56,804 nucleotides of DNA, taken from a virus. Lineage: Duplodnaviria > Caudoviricetes. Positions 9,414-18,212 of the stretch are shown one piece after another; the stretch's first letter is position 1, and the number at the start of each line of letters is the position of its first letter. The notes beneath the pieces were generated by a model, which was not told where the DNA came from, made no database searches, and worked only from the letters and a program-made list of their open reading frames with translations. The translations under genes were made by a program, and so were the position numbers. The stretch lies in the IMG/VR virus record IMGVR_UViG_3300017739_003809, positions 1 to 56,804 of that record; one strand, written 5' to 3'.

Positions 9414-10453
9414 AAAAGCTTTTAATTACTTTATTATGTTTTACACCCTTTTTATTACAAGCACAACAGCTTAAAGAATGGGGTCAACAACAATTAAAAT
9501 TTGCTACTTTCTATACAGCAGTAACTGGTAATAATTCATTAGCAGATGTAAGTATTTATTCTATAAATCCTACTACGGGGGTTTTAGAAGAAAATATTGA
9601 ATCTACTCCTTTTGATTATACTTTAGCTTTTGGGGTTAGAAAAATTGCACGTTTGGATTATGAAAATAGGAAAAATGTATTTTATAATGGTACTGAAACA
9701 TCAGTTTCGGATGCTGCCACTGTAGGTAACGTAGAGGGCTTAGAATATTTATTTGAATTTGACTATAAAAGACAACAAGGAAGTAAATTCGTTGATCAAC
9801 AACATTTTTTAAGATATGTACATGATCATTGGATTTTAAAAGTAGAATATGTTCAAGATGGGTTTGCTGATTTAAGATATTTTGAAGCATCTCAACGCTA
9901 CAGATATAACATAGCAAAAGAATTTTCTTTAAACGTTGGCTTAGTACAACGTTTTTCTGAACCCTATGGATTTGATCCCCTATCTGAGTTAGCGGGAGCT
10001 GATTTTACAAACATAGCTATTGAACAAGGTTATGGTACTAATTTTGAAGGAGAATGGCTTAACCCTAGTGGAGATATAATTGCTGAAAATAATATAGTAT
10101 GGAATGCTGTAGCTCTTCCTAGTGTATTAAATGAATATGTAGATCAAGAAAGATCTTTACTCCCATACCAGTGGAATCACTCATTAGTAATAGGATATGA
10201 TTATTACCATTACACTAAATCATTTTGGTTTCATTCTTGGGCTAGTGTATTACCACTTCACGTAAGTGCTAAAAATGAATACTCATATACTAATTTTGTA
10301 GATGGTAATACTTGGTTTGATTACACAGGTGGGTTAATTTTAGGATGGCAAGTAAATAAAAGATTAGGTCTTTTCTCAGAAGGAAAATACCATAAGTACT
10401 GGAATCGCGCATGGCATGATTTTTCAGTTGGTTTTAACTATAGAATAATTTAA
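9410..10453 (+). CDS. putative outer-membrane beta-barrel protein
   Basis: Signal peptide ending LQA|Q; aromatic-rich alternating strands; terminal strand FSVGFNYRII. Confidence 0.7.
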   Translation: MKKLLITLLCFTPFLLQAQQLKEWGQQQLKFATFYTAVTGNNSLADVSIYSINPTTGVLEENIESTPFDYTLAFGVRKIARLDYENRKNVFYNGTETSVSDAATVGNVEGLEYLFEFDYKRQQGSKFVDQQHFLRYVHDHWILKVEYVQDGFADLRYFEASQRYRYNIAKEFSLNVGLVQRFSEPYGFDPLSELAGADFTNIAIEQGYGTNFEGEWLNPSGDIIAENNIVWNAVALPSVLNEYVDQERSLLPYQWNHSLVIGYDYYHYTKSFWFHSWASVLPLHVSAKNEYSYTNFVDGNTWFDYTGGLILGWQVNKRLGLFSEGKYHKYWNRAWHDFSVGFNYRII

Positions 10454-10465
10454 AACAACAAAATT

Positions 10466-10684
10466 ATGGCATTTAAAGATATTTTTAAAGACGAAAACGA
10501 TATTAACGAAAAATCAGTAGTTGGTTTTTCAGCATTTACCATTATGGTAGTATTTGCTATAACTGATTTAGCAACAGGTTATTTTGGGCAAGATTTAGTA
10601 ATTAATGAAGCTATTTATAACTCATTTGTATTTGTAACCTTAGGTAGTTTTGGCATAGCAGGATTAGAAAAATTTGCTAAATAA
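10466..10684 (+). CDS. small two-TM membrane protein (holin-like topology)
   Basis: Two hydrophobic segments and a charged C-terminus (EKFAK). Confidence 0.6.
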   Translation: MAFKDIFKDENDINEKSVVGFSAFTIMVVFAITDLATGYFGQDLVINEAIYNSFVFVTLGSFGIAGLEKFAK

Positions 10685-11064
10685 TGTATGAATATAATGC
10701 TGTGTTAGATAGGGTAGTTGATGGTGATACAATAGATGTTACTATTGATTTGGGGTTTAATGTTTGGAAAAAAATAAGAGTCCGAATGGAAGGTATTAAT
10801 ACCCCTGAATCTCGAACTAGAGATTTAGAAGAAAAAAAACGTGGTTTAGCTGCAAAAGATAGATTAATAGAAATTTTAAAATTTAACGATAATAAATGTA
10901 GATTAAAAGTTTCTGGAGTAGGAAAATATGGTAGAGCCTTAGCCACTGTTTTTGTAGATTCTCTTTCCGCCTTAAATGGAAAGGATGGTATTACATTAAT
11001 TGATGTAAATAAACAACTTATAAAAGAAGGTCACGCAGTTGAATATTGGGGGGGAAAACGGTAA
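10684..11064 (+). CDS. thermonuclease (staphylococcal nuclease-like)
   Basis: RVVDGDTID, RMEGINTPE, GKYGRAL, VNKQLIKEGHA motifs. Confidence 0.9.
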   Translation: MYEYNAVLDRVVDGDTIDVTIDLGFNVWKKIRVRMEGINTPESRTRDLEEKKRGLAAKDRLIEILKFNDNKCRLKVSGVGKYGRALATVFVDSLSALNGKDGITLIDVNKQLIKEGHAVEYWGGKR

Positions 11065-11082
11065 TTTTCTATAATTTTTATA

Positions 11083-11090
11083 TATTTATA
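11083..11090 (+). promoter_or_regulatory. putative late promoter TATTTATA
   Basis: Recurrent motif 14 nt before the ATG. Confidence 0.65.
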
Positions 11091-11103
11091 ACAAAACTAT
11101 TCT

Positions 11104-11544
11104 ATGGCTAATAATAATTTTTACGGATATAAAAGAAACCCTAAAAAAGTTAATTTTGAAGGTGCTAGGGGATCTGTAGATTTAGAATTTGAATCTATGA
11201 ATCCCTATGAATTTAAAAAAGGTATGAATGTTGAACTTGCTAAATTAGGTACTGGTTTAAGAGAATCTAATGAAGAACAAAGAGAAAAAGCTACTGAATC
11301 AGTAATAAAAAATTTAAAAGATGTTCCAGCATATTATTCTATGATGGAACATTATGAAACTGTAACTAAAAATATAGAGGGTAGAAAACCCACTTTTAAA
11401 TCTTTTGTAAAAGAATTTAAAGACTATTCTATGAAAGAAATAAAAGGAAAATTTACAGTTGATAAAATGAAAGAAATTAAGCTCAGAGAGTCTGTTAGAA
11501 CTGAGGTTAGAAATATAATAAACGAACTTTTTAAAACAAAGTAA
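11104..11544 (+). CDS. hypothetical virion-associated protein
   Basis: EFKKGMNVEL...NLKDVPAYYS recalls a DUF5661-like phage module; C-terminal LRESVRTEVRNIINE. Confidence 0.6.
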   Translation: MANNNFYGYKRNPKKVNFEGARGSVDLEFESMNPYEFKKGMNVELAKLGTGLRESNEEQREKATESVIKNLKDVPAYYSMMEHYETVTKNIEGRKPTFKSFVKEFKDYSMKEIKGKFTVDKMKEIKLRESVRTEVRNIINELFKTK

Positions 11545-11545
11545 A

Positions 11546-11953
11546 ATGACTATTGAAGAATTAAACAAACTCATTCAAGAAGAGCTTAAAGCTTACTTAA
11601 ATGAAAATGAATTAGACAGTGTAGAAGAAGAAATGATGGAAGATGAGGATGATGATATTGAAGTAACTACTGATGAACCCGAAGAAGAAGGAGGTGAAGC
11701 AATGGCTACTTTAAGACAAATTTTTGATATGCTAAAACCTATTGTTGAACCCGAAGAAGAGCCTGAAATGGATATGGGTGATGAAGAAGACGATAATGAA
11801 GAGGAGGAAGAAATGGATGAAGCTGTCGGTTATCCTAACTATAAGGCCGATCAGGTCCAAAAAGTAAAAGCTGATGCTACAGATGTTAATCAGGGTCTTA
11901 ATGAATCTTTTGATGCTTCATCTAGATTTAAAAAACTTGCTAACATAAAGTAA
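11546..11953 (+). CDS. acidic candidate head-internal/core protein
   Basis: N-terminal LNKLIQEEL...LNE, Glu/Asp tracts, C-terminal LNES...RFKKLANIK. Confidence 0.65.
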   Translation: MTIEELNKLIQEELKAYLNENELDSVEEEMMEDEDDDIEVTTDEPEEEGGEAMATLRQIFDMLKPIVEPEEEPEMDMGDEEDDNEEEEEMDEAVGYPNYKADQVQKVKADATDVNQGLNESFDASSRFKKLANIK

Positions 11954-11954
11954 T

Positions 11955-12221
11955 ATGTCATTAGTTTATGCTCCCGTATCGTCATCTCACTCTACTTCTT
12001 ATACAGGTAGTATTAGTAAAATATTATCCTTAGGTGCGGATGAAGACCAAAACACGTTAGAGCGAATTGAATTTGGTACTTTTACTACCCCCGAAACTGC
12101 ATTTACTGCTTCCTCAATAGTGGATTCGATAGTCATACCTGCAGGCACATATGTAGAGGGACCCATAGGGAGAGTTAAAGTAGCCGCCTCTAGTGATTTT
12201 TTAATTTATTTTAACCAATAA
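11955..12221 (+). CDS. small beta-rich structural protein (possible head decoration)
   Basis: 88 aa, IPAGTYVEGPI motif, in a late operon. Confidence 0.5.
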   Translation: MSLVYAPVSSSHSTSYTGSISKILSLGADEDQNTLERIEFGTFTTPETAFTASSIVDSIVIPAGTYVEGPIGRVKVAASSDFLIYFNQ

Positions 12222-12232
12222 AACTCACTCTA

Positions 12233-13372
12233 ATGGTTAATATAAACGCTTTATTGAGCGAATGGGCATACCGATGCAAGAAGGGCTATCCAGACATGGA
12301 TAGCCCCTCTGATCTTAAGGTTCTTAAGAATATCCTTAAAGAACAGGATATTATTTTACCTCAATTACAAGAACAAGAAGAGGAAGAAAAAAAAGGACCA
12401 GATAAAAAAGAACTTATTGATTTAATAAATAAAAGTGAGTTAAATCCTAAAGTAATAAATAAACTATTTAAAGTAATAAAAGGCAGTGGCATTAGACCCC
12501 AATTTAAAGATTATCTAACTAAACAGGGATATACTGAAGATTCCTTCAAAAATGCAGATGCTGATATAGATAGAATTTTAAATGTTCTTACTAATACTGA
12601 ATCAGAAGAACTATTAAATTATATTAAGAGTCCTAAAAAATTATCGGATTTACCTATTAGAGGAAATTTAGCTAAAGAAGCAGGTTTATCTCAAACATTA
12701 TCTCAGGATTTAATTCAAATAGTAGGAGTAGATAAAGGTGGTTCTAATATAGGTAAAGTAGAATTATTTTTAGCCTTAATTTTTAGTGATGTAAGTAATA
12801 GAGGCGGTGGTGGTGATTTAGATTGGGAAGGAATAGGTAATTTAGAAGTTAAAGGTACTGGGGGAAGAATGGGACAACAAAGTGGTAGAGGTAATTATAT
12901 AAATGGGGTTAATATGTTAGCTGATAAATTTTTACCCGTTGGGGAAGAAAGAGAAGAATTTGAAGAAGACCCTAGTAACCAATACATAAATATTTGTATA
13001 CAAAATGCTTATAATGCAGCTATTAAAAATGATATTGATTCAAAAGAAGCTATTAGTTCTATACAAAATGTGTTAGATCAAGTATTTTTTGAAAAAGGAT
13101 TAGCTAAAAAATATTTTAATAATCCTGATGATTTTAAAGATTTAGCTAAAATGAGAAATAGTATATTTAAATTAAATATAGAATCATACGCCGAAAAAAC
13201 TAATGTAGATGCATTTTTATTTGCTACTTCAGCCACAGGTGAATATGCTATAGTGGATATAGATAAAGTAGGTGAAGCAGTAGATGGGGGTATAATAAAA
13301 GTAGCTGTTGATCCTAAGAAAGGATATTTTTGGCATAATCCTAACCCTAATATAAAATTAGGTAAAAAATAA
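12233..13372 (+). CDS. putative PD-(D/E)xK nuclease-like protein with N-terminal leader module
   Basis: GKVE...GDL-x7-LEVKG catalytic-like pattern; leader LLSEWAYRCKKGYPD ending at LKE/LQE. Confidence 0.55.
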   Translation: MVNINALLSEWAYRCKKGYPDMDSPSDLKVLKNILKEQDIILPQLQEQEEEEKKGPDKKELIDLINKSELNPKVINKLFKVIKGSGIRPQFKDYLTKQGYTEDSFKNADADIDRILNVLTNTESEELLNYIKSPKKLSDLPIRGNLAKEAGLSQTLSQDLIQIVGVDKGGSNIGKVELFLALIFSDVSNRGGGGDLDWEGIGNLEVKGTGGRMGQQSGRGNYINGVNMLADKFLPVGEEREEFEEDPSNQYINICIQNAYNAAIKNDIDSKEAISSIQNVLDQVFFEKGLAKKYFNNPDDFKDLAKMRNSIFKLNIESYAEKTNVDAFLFATSATGEYAIVDIDKVGEAVDGGIIKVAVDPKKGYFWHNPNPNIKLGKK

Positions 13373-13402
13373 TTTGGATTTTCATTTCTTCTTGTGTATC
13401 TT
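13373..13402 (+). promoter_or_regulatory. early promoter TTTGG-N17-TGTATCTT
   Basis: Same spacing as the other copies. Confidence 0.6.
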
Positions 13403-13454
13403 CCCTTACTGTAGGGGGTAAGGGGTTGAGTCGCACAGTTCGCACATTCGCATT

Positions 13455-13733
13455 ATGTCATTAAACAGTTTTTTCGATACATTAGATACGGACGCTAAAT
13501 TCGATGCTTGGCGTAAATCCATTAACTCAAAGTTAATTCATTTAAAAAATACTATTCCTATTGAGAATAGAGATGAACTTAACTATATAGGTGAAACCCT
13601 ACAATTATTAAGTCACTTAACTCTTTTAGATAGTAGTTATGTTTCTAATAACCCTGATACAGGAAATAAACAAGAATTAATAAAACGATTAAAAGTTTGT
13701 AATTCTTATTATAAAAAATTTGGAAACCGATAA
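13455..13733 (+). CDS. hypothetical protein
   Basis: ORF behind early promoter and GC-rich leader. Confidence 0.7.
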   Translation: MSLNSFFDTLDTDAKFDAWRKSINSKLIHLKNTIPIENRDELNYIGETLQLLSHLTLLDSSYVSNNPDTGNKQELIKRLKVCNSYYKKFGNR

Positions 13734-13750
13734 ATAGGTTCGTATATTAA
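13719..13750 (+). promoter_or_regulatory. early promoter TTTGG-N17-CGTATATTAA
   Basis: Recurrent bipartite motif. Confidence 0.7.
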
Positions 13751-13764
13751 ATAAAAATTTTATT

Positions 13765-13968
13765 ATGGCAAGATATCATAAACAACTAAATATAGCTCTT
13801 GAAAGATTAAATCAAGGACTATCACGTGTACATACTTTTGTAAAAAGGGGAGAAAACCAAAAAGCACTTTATTATATGGATAATGATTTAAAAGAATTAT
13901 ATATGGAACTTCAAAATATAATTAATATTGAACCTGGAGAACCAAATACTAGAATTGGAAATATATAA
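13765..13968 (+). CDS. hypothetical helical protein
   Basis: ORF coupled by TAATG to the next gene. Confidence 0.7.
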   Translation: MARYHKQLNIALERLNQGLSRVHTFVKRGENQKALYYMDNDLKELYMELQNIINIEPGEPNTRIGNI

Positions 13969-14750
13969 TGATAGGTGCAGAACAAATTAAAATTAATTTT
14001 GAAACTTTTAATGGAGTTTTAGAAGATAATTTTGAAGGTGAACGTTTAGAAAAGCTTAAAACCCTTACTGATTGTTTAAAAGAGCGAATGATGTTTGCTC
14101 CTGCATCTACTAAGGATTGGTTTAATAATGCATTTCCCGGAGGGTATTTAGATCATGTTTTACGCGTAAATAAAATAGCAAATCAGCTACATAAATTATA
14201 TGCATTTCATAATGCTAATGAATCTTATACAGGTGAAGAACTTAATTTTGTATCTTTATTCTGTCAATTAGGTAAATTAGGGGATTGGAATAATGAATAT
14301 TTTACTAAAAATGATTCGGATTGGCATGTTAAAAATTTAGGTATGGTTTATAAATTTAATGAACATGTGCCTGCTATGAAAATTTATGATCGTACTATTT
14401 ACCTCCTTCAGGATGCTGGTATTAAAATATCTCATAATGAATATTTGGCTATTCGTAACCAAGAAGGATTATTTGATGAAAGTAATAAGTTTTATTTTTA
14501 TAGTGGACAAAAAGAAACCAAATTTAGAACTCATTTACCTTTATTAATTCACCAGGCTATCCAAACAGCTCAAGAAATAGAATTTCAAATGTGGAGTTCT
14601 GGAAATTCGGTTATACAACAATCGTCTAAACCCGCTAATGCCTCCAAAGCAGATAAAACAATAAGGAAAGCTAAAGCGATAAACCCAGAAAATAATCCTA
14701 ACTTCAACGAAAAGACGAAGTCAATTATTGATTCATTCTTTACAGACTAA
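13968..14750 (+). CDS. HD-domain (YhaM-like) protein with degenerate metal ligands
   Basis: APAS...AFPGGYLDHVL scaffold intact, but the HD position reads CQ (LFCQLGK). Confidence 0.75.
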   Translation: MIGAEQIKINFETFNGVLEDNFEGERLEKLKTLTDCLKERMMFAPASTKDWFNNAFPGGYLDHVLRVNKIANQLHKLYAFHNANESYTGEELNFVSLFCQLGKLGDWNNEYFTKNDSDWHVKNLGMVYKFNEHVPAMKIYDRTIYLLQDAGIKISHNEYLAIRNQEGLFDESNKFYFYSGQKETKFRTHLPLLIHQAIQTAQEIEFQMWSSGNSVIQQSSKPANASKADKTIRKAKAINPENNPNFNEKTKSIIDSFFTD

Positions 14751-14998
14751 TGGAAATTATAATTGCAATATTAATAGCATTATTAATTATAGCTGGATTT
14801 GCTATTCGTAATCTTGTTCAAAAGAATGAGATATTAGAAGATTTTATAGCAAAACAAAGTGAAGCTATTGATTCATGTAATGAAAGATTAAAAACAGTAG
14901 ATGATAAAGGTTTTTTTATTGCAGATGATGAAATCGGTTGGTTTTTTACCGAAGTTAAGAAGATACAGGAGGCACTAAATGAATTTCGCCTCCGCTAA
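14750..14998 (+). CDS. membrane-anchored coiled-coil protein
   Basis: N-terminal TM helix; FIADDEIGWFF motif. Confidence 0.75.
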   Translation: MEIIIAILIALLIIAGFAIRNLVQKNEILEDFIAKQSEAIDSCNERLKTVDDKGFFIADDEIGWFFTEVKKIQEALNEFRLR

Positions 14999-15002
14999 TT
15001 AA

Positions 15003-15704
15003 ATGGCAAAAAAAAGAGGACGTAAAAGTAAAAGACAATACTTTACAGAGGATACGGAGCATGCAATAATAGAATATTTAGCAAGCGAAGATCAAGCAGC
15101 AAGAAATCGGATTTATAATTCACGAATTCATCATTCGTTTTATAAGTTAGCCGAAAATCTTATTCATACTTTTAAATTTTATTATACGGAAGTAGATGAC
15201 CTTGAAGATTTAAAACACGAGGTTATATGCTTTTTACTTGAAAAATTGCATTACTTTAAAGCAGGTAAAGGTAAAGCTTTTTCCTATTTTAGTATAGTAG
15301 GAAAAAATTATCTTATTCTTTATAATAATAAAAATTATGCTAAAAAGAAAGGTAAAGCGGATTTAATAGAAGTAGATACCGATAATACCATTTTAAATAA
15401 TTTTGAAAATAAAGAAAAATTAGCAGATAAAATTGATTTTTTAGATTTGTTTGTTGAAAAAATGGAGTTTAAACTACCAATAGTTTTTTCAAAACCTGAC
15501 GATTTAATAGTAGCGGATGCGGTTTTAACACTATTTAGAAAAAGAGATACATTAGAAATCTTTAATAAAAAAGCTCTTTATATTTATATAAGAGAAATTA
15601 CTGGTTGTGATACTCCCTCTATTACTAAAGTTACTAAAAATATGAAACAATATTATCTTAAGGCTTATAATCAGTGGGAATTAGGTAAACCAATAGTTTT
15701 ATAA
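15003..15704 (+). CDS. phage sigma factor, T4 gp55-like (late transcription)
   Basis: Region-2-like DLKHEVICFLLEKLHYF...KAFSYFSIVGKNYLI; C-terminal HTH-like IREITGCDTPSITKV. Confidence 0.7.
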   Translation: MAKKRGRKSKRQYFTEDTEHAIIEYLASEDQAARNRIYNSRIHHSFYKLAENLIHTFKFYYTEVDDLEDLKHEVICFLLEKLHYFKAGKGKAFSYFSIVGKNYLILYNNKNYAKKKGKADLIEVDTDNTILNNFENKEKLADKIDFLDLFVEKMEFKLPIVFSKPDDLIVADAVLTLFRKRDTLEIFNKKALYIYIREITGCDTPSITKVTKNMKQYYLKAYNQWELGKPIVL

Positions 15705-15709
15705 TTACA

Positions 15710-15716
15710 TATGTAT
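15710..15716 (+). promoter_or_regulatory. putative late promoter TATGTAT
   Basis: Recurrent motif heading the baseplate block. Confidence 0.5.
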
Positions 15717-15720
15717 GGGC

Positions 15721-16080
15721 ATGAGTAACCCACTTGATACAATATTATTTGATAGTAAATCATCTTCTGATGTATTTAAAGAAATATATAATAATAGTAA
15801 AAAAAAAGATAAACAAATTAATTCTTTAATTGCTGAATTAAAACCTTTAATACAAAATATAGGAGACGCACCAGTAGTAGTTCCCCTTATAAAAGAATAT
15901 TTGGAAGTAAGTGTTAAAAATGATGAACACTTGATAAAAATGATGGCAGTTATCCAAAGATTACAAAATAACACTACCACGGGTGGAGGAGATTCGTTAC
16001 TTACAGATGAAGAATTAAAACAACTTCAGCAAATAGCAGAAGAAGTAGCTAAAGATGAGCACCCGACAAATACAAAATAA
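15721..16080 (+). CDS. helical protein of unknown function (small-terminase-like role possible)
   Basis: Coiled-coil/helical; start 15721 preferred because 15715 overlaps the promoter motif. Confidence 0.65.
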   Translation: MSNPLDTILFDSKSSSDVFKEIYNNSKKKDKQINSLIAELKPLIQNIGDAPVVVPLIKEYLEVSVKNDEHLIKMMAVIQRLQNNTTTGGGDSLLTDEELKQLQQIAEEVAKDEHPTNTK

Positions 16081-17767
16081 TAACTCTAGTAATAGAGGAA
16101 TTAAACAATCTACTACACCTACTCTTATTAAGGGTAGGGTTTATAGTGTTATAATGGATGAATCACATCCATTTTTTGAAAAAATATTGGGTGAATTCGA
16201 TCCTACTTATATAGGTTATATTTTTTGGGGATCTTTAAATGATAAAGAGGGGGATATACAAAAAAATCCCTTAAAACTTTCTATGGCTAAACCATATTTT
16301 AATTGGTTAACTTATACCCCCTTTACCACAGAAATAGTAGATTTAGTAAAAGCCCCAAGCAATAATCATTATACTGCTTTAGGGGGTAATCATACTAACA
16401 TAGAATATTTTTATTACCCCCCTGTAAATATATGGAATAATTCAGCAGGAAACCCATTACCTAGAGAAACAGATATTAAATTAGCAAATGGCGAATTAAA
16501 TCTAGGAGATTATACAGATGAGAATAAAATTGCTGAAATAAAAAATATGGTACCCTTTGAGGGTGATATGATTTTAGAAGGTAGATTTGGTAATAGTATT
16601 AGATTTGGATCTTCTAATCCTCGAGGTAAAAATAATTGGTCTGAAAACGAGAGTGAAGGTGCCCCTATAACTATCATATCTAATGGACAATCACCCACGG
16701 GCGGAGGTGCCATAGAAAATATAAATAGCGATGATAGTTCTATTTATTTATGTTCTAATCATAATATAGATAATTTTAATATAGCTTCTAAAAACTATGA
16801 TTCTTTAAATGCTACTTTTAGTGAACCCCAATCTGGATTAGAACCCTTAGCTTCCTTTATAAATTCTAATACTTCTGTAGTAGAATTATTAAATCCCATA
16901 TCAATTACAGAAGCATCAACTTTTACAGATGCCCCATCACTTATTATAGAAGGTCAATCTGAAGCTCCACATGGGGATGATGAATCAGCACTTATTGGAG
17001 ATGATATAATACCTGTTATTGAAGGGGGATTTGAAGATTTAACTAAAATTCCAGGTAAATATGAAGATAATTCAAGAACTCTTCGCGAATTGTTTATAGT
17101 TCCTAAAAGATTTTCAAACGGAATTGTACTTGTAACAGATTCTTTAGCATCTCCCCTCATGACAATGCTTTTATCTGCAGAAAAGGCTGGTACGACTTTA
17201 ATAGTAAATAGTGGATTTAGACCACCTGTAGATGATATTTATTTAAATAATAACTTAATACAAAAATCTCAAAAAACCCTTAGATTATCTGCTTTAAAAA
17301 GTCAGTATAAAGGTAAGCTTAAAGAACCTTGGTTAAGAAATACTACAGTTATTCAACCCTTTGATGGATATCAAGTTGGGGATTCATATAGAACTTCTCC
17401 CCAAAAGAAACATTTTTCTCCCGTAACTGCTCCCTCATATCGATCTGCTCATGGTAGATCTAGAGCATGTGATTTTTCAACTGCTAGTGCTACTAGTGAT
17501 GGATATAAGTGGTTAGCCAAAAATGGATGGAAATTTGGTTTTATTAGAACTGTATCTAGTGAACCATGGCATTTTGGTTATAGACCAGATGTAGCAGAAA
17601 AAGGACCAACTGCTCTTTTACCATATAAGTATGAACCAGGTAAAGCCTATGCAAATACAACTAATAGATGGAATAATGTTTTTGGATCTATAGAACCCGA
17701 TTGGGCACAAGAATTAACAGCATTTCAAGAACAACAAGCACAACAATTAAATGATTCAAGCACCTGA
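16055..17767 (+). CDS. baseplate hub/spike protein (gp5-like N-part) carrying an M15 (VanY-like) Zn peptidase
   Basis: EGDMILEGRFGNSIRFGS gp5/VgrG-like motif; SGFR...SAHGRSRACDF...EPWHFGY are M15 motifs. Confidence 0.75.
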   Translation: MSTRQIQNNNSSNRGIKQSTTPTLIKGRVYSVIMDESHPFFEKILGEFDPTYIGYIFWGSLNDKEGDIQKNPLKLSMAKPYFNWLTYTPFTTEIVDLVKAPSNNHYTALGGNHTNIEYFYYPPVNIWNNSAGNPLPRETDIKLANGELNLGDYTDENKIAEIKNMVPFEGDMILEGRFGNSIRFGSSNPRGKNNWSENESEGAPITIISNGQSPTGGGAIENINSDDSSIYLCSNHNIDNFNIASKNYDSLNATFSEPQSGLEPLASFINSNTSVVELLNPISITEASTFTDAPSLIIEGQSEAPHGDDESALIGDDIIPVIEGGFEDLTKIPGKYEDNSRTLRELFIVPKRFSNGIVLVTDSLASPLMTMLLSAEKAGTTLIVNSGFRPPVDDIYLNNNLIQKSQKTLRLSALKSQYKGKLKEPWLRNTTVIQPFDGYQVGDSYRTSPQKKHFSPVTAPSYRSAHGRSRACDFSTASATSDGYKWLAKNGWKFGFIRTVSSEPWHFGYRPDVAEKGPTALLPYKYEPGKAYANTTNRWNNVFGSIEPDWAQELTAFQEQQAQQLNDSST

Positions 17768-18212
17768 TATATACCAAGGAAAACAAGTAATAATTACTTC
17801 TGATCGTTTAATATTTAATGCCCGGGAAGATACTGTATTTTCTTCTAATAATACTATAGCATTTAGTACTAATAAAGATTTTCATATTAATACTAATAGT
17901 AATTCTTCAGGTAAATTTGCTGTTAATAGCCCTAAAATACATTTAGGTATAGTTAAATCTGATAAATCATTAGCCAATAACCCAGCAGTTAAGGGTCAAG
18001 AATTAGAACAATTATTAATTGATATACTAGACCATTTAAATAAATTATATAATGGAGTACTACCTCTACTAAACCAAATTACAGTCTTTCCAGGTTTACC
18101 TACAGTACCTAGCCCTAGTAATATTGGAGTTATAAGTCCTTTAATTAGTGAAATAAATACTTTAAAAGGTAAGATTAAAAATATTAAAAGTAATAATGTA
18201 TACCTAAAATGA
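17751..18212 (+). CDS. baseplate spike C-terminal part (gp5-like beta-helix)
   Basis: QVIITSDRLIFNA...AVNSPKIHLG...PAVKGQEL...IKSNNV pattern. Confidence 0.6.
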   Translation: MIQAPDIYQGKQVIITSDRLIFNAREDTVFSSNNTIAFSTNKDFHINTNSNSSGKFAVNSPKIHLGIVKSDKSLANNPAVKGQELEQLLIDILDHLNKLYNGVLPLLNQITVFPGLPTVPSPSNIGVISPLISEINTLKGKIKNIKSNNVYLK

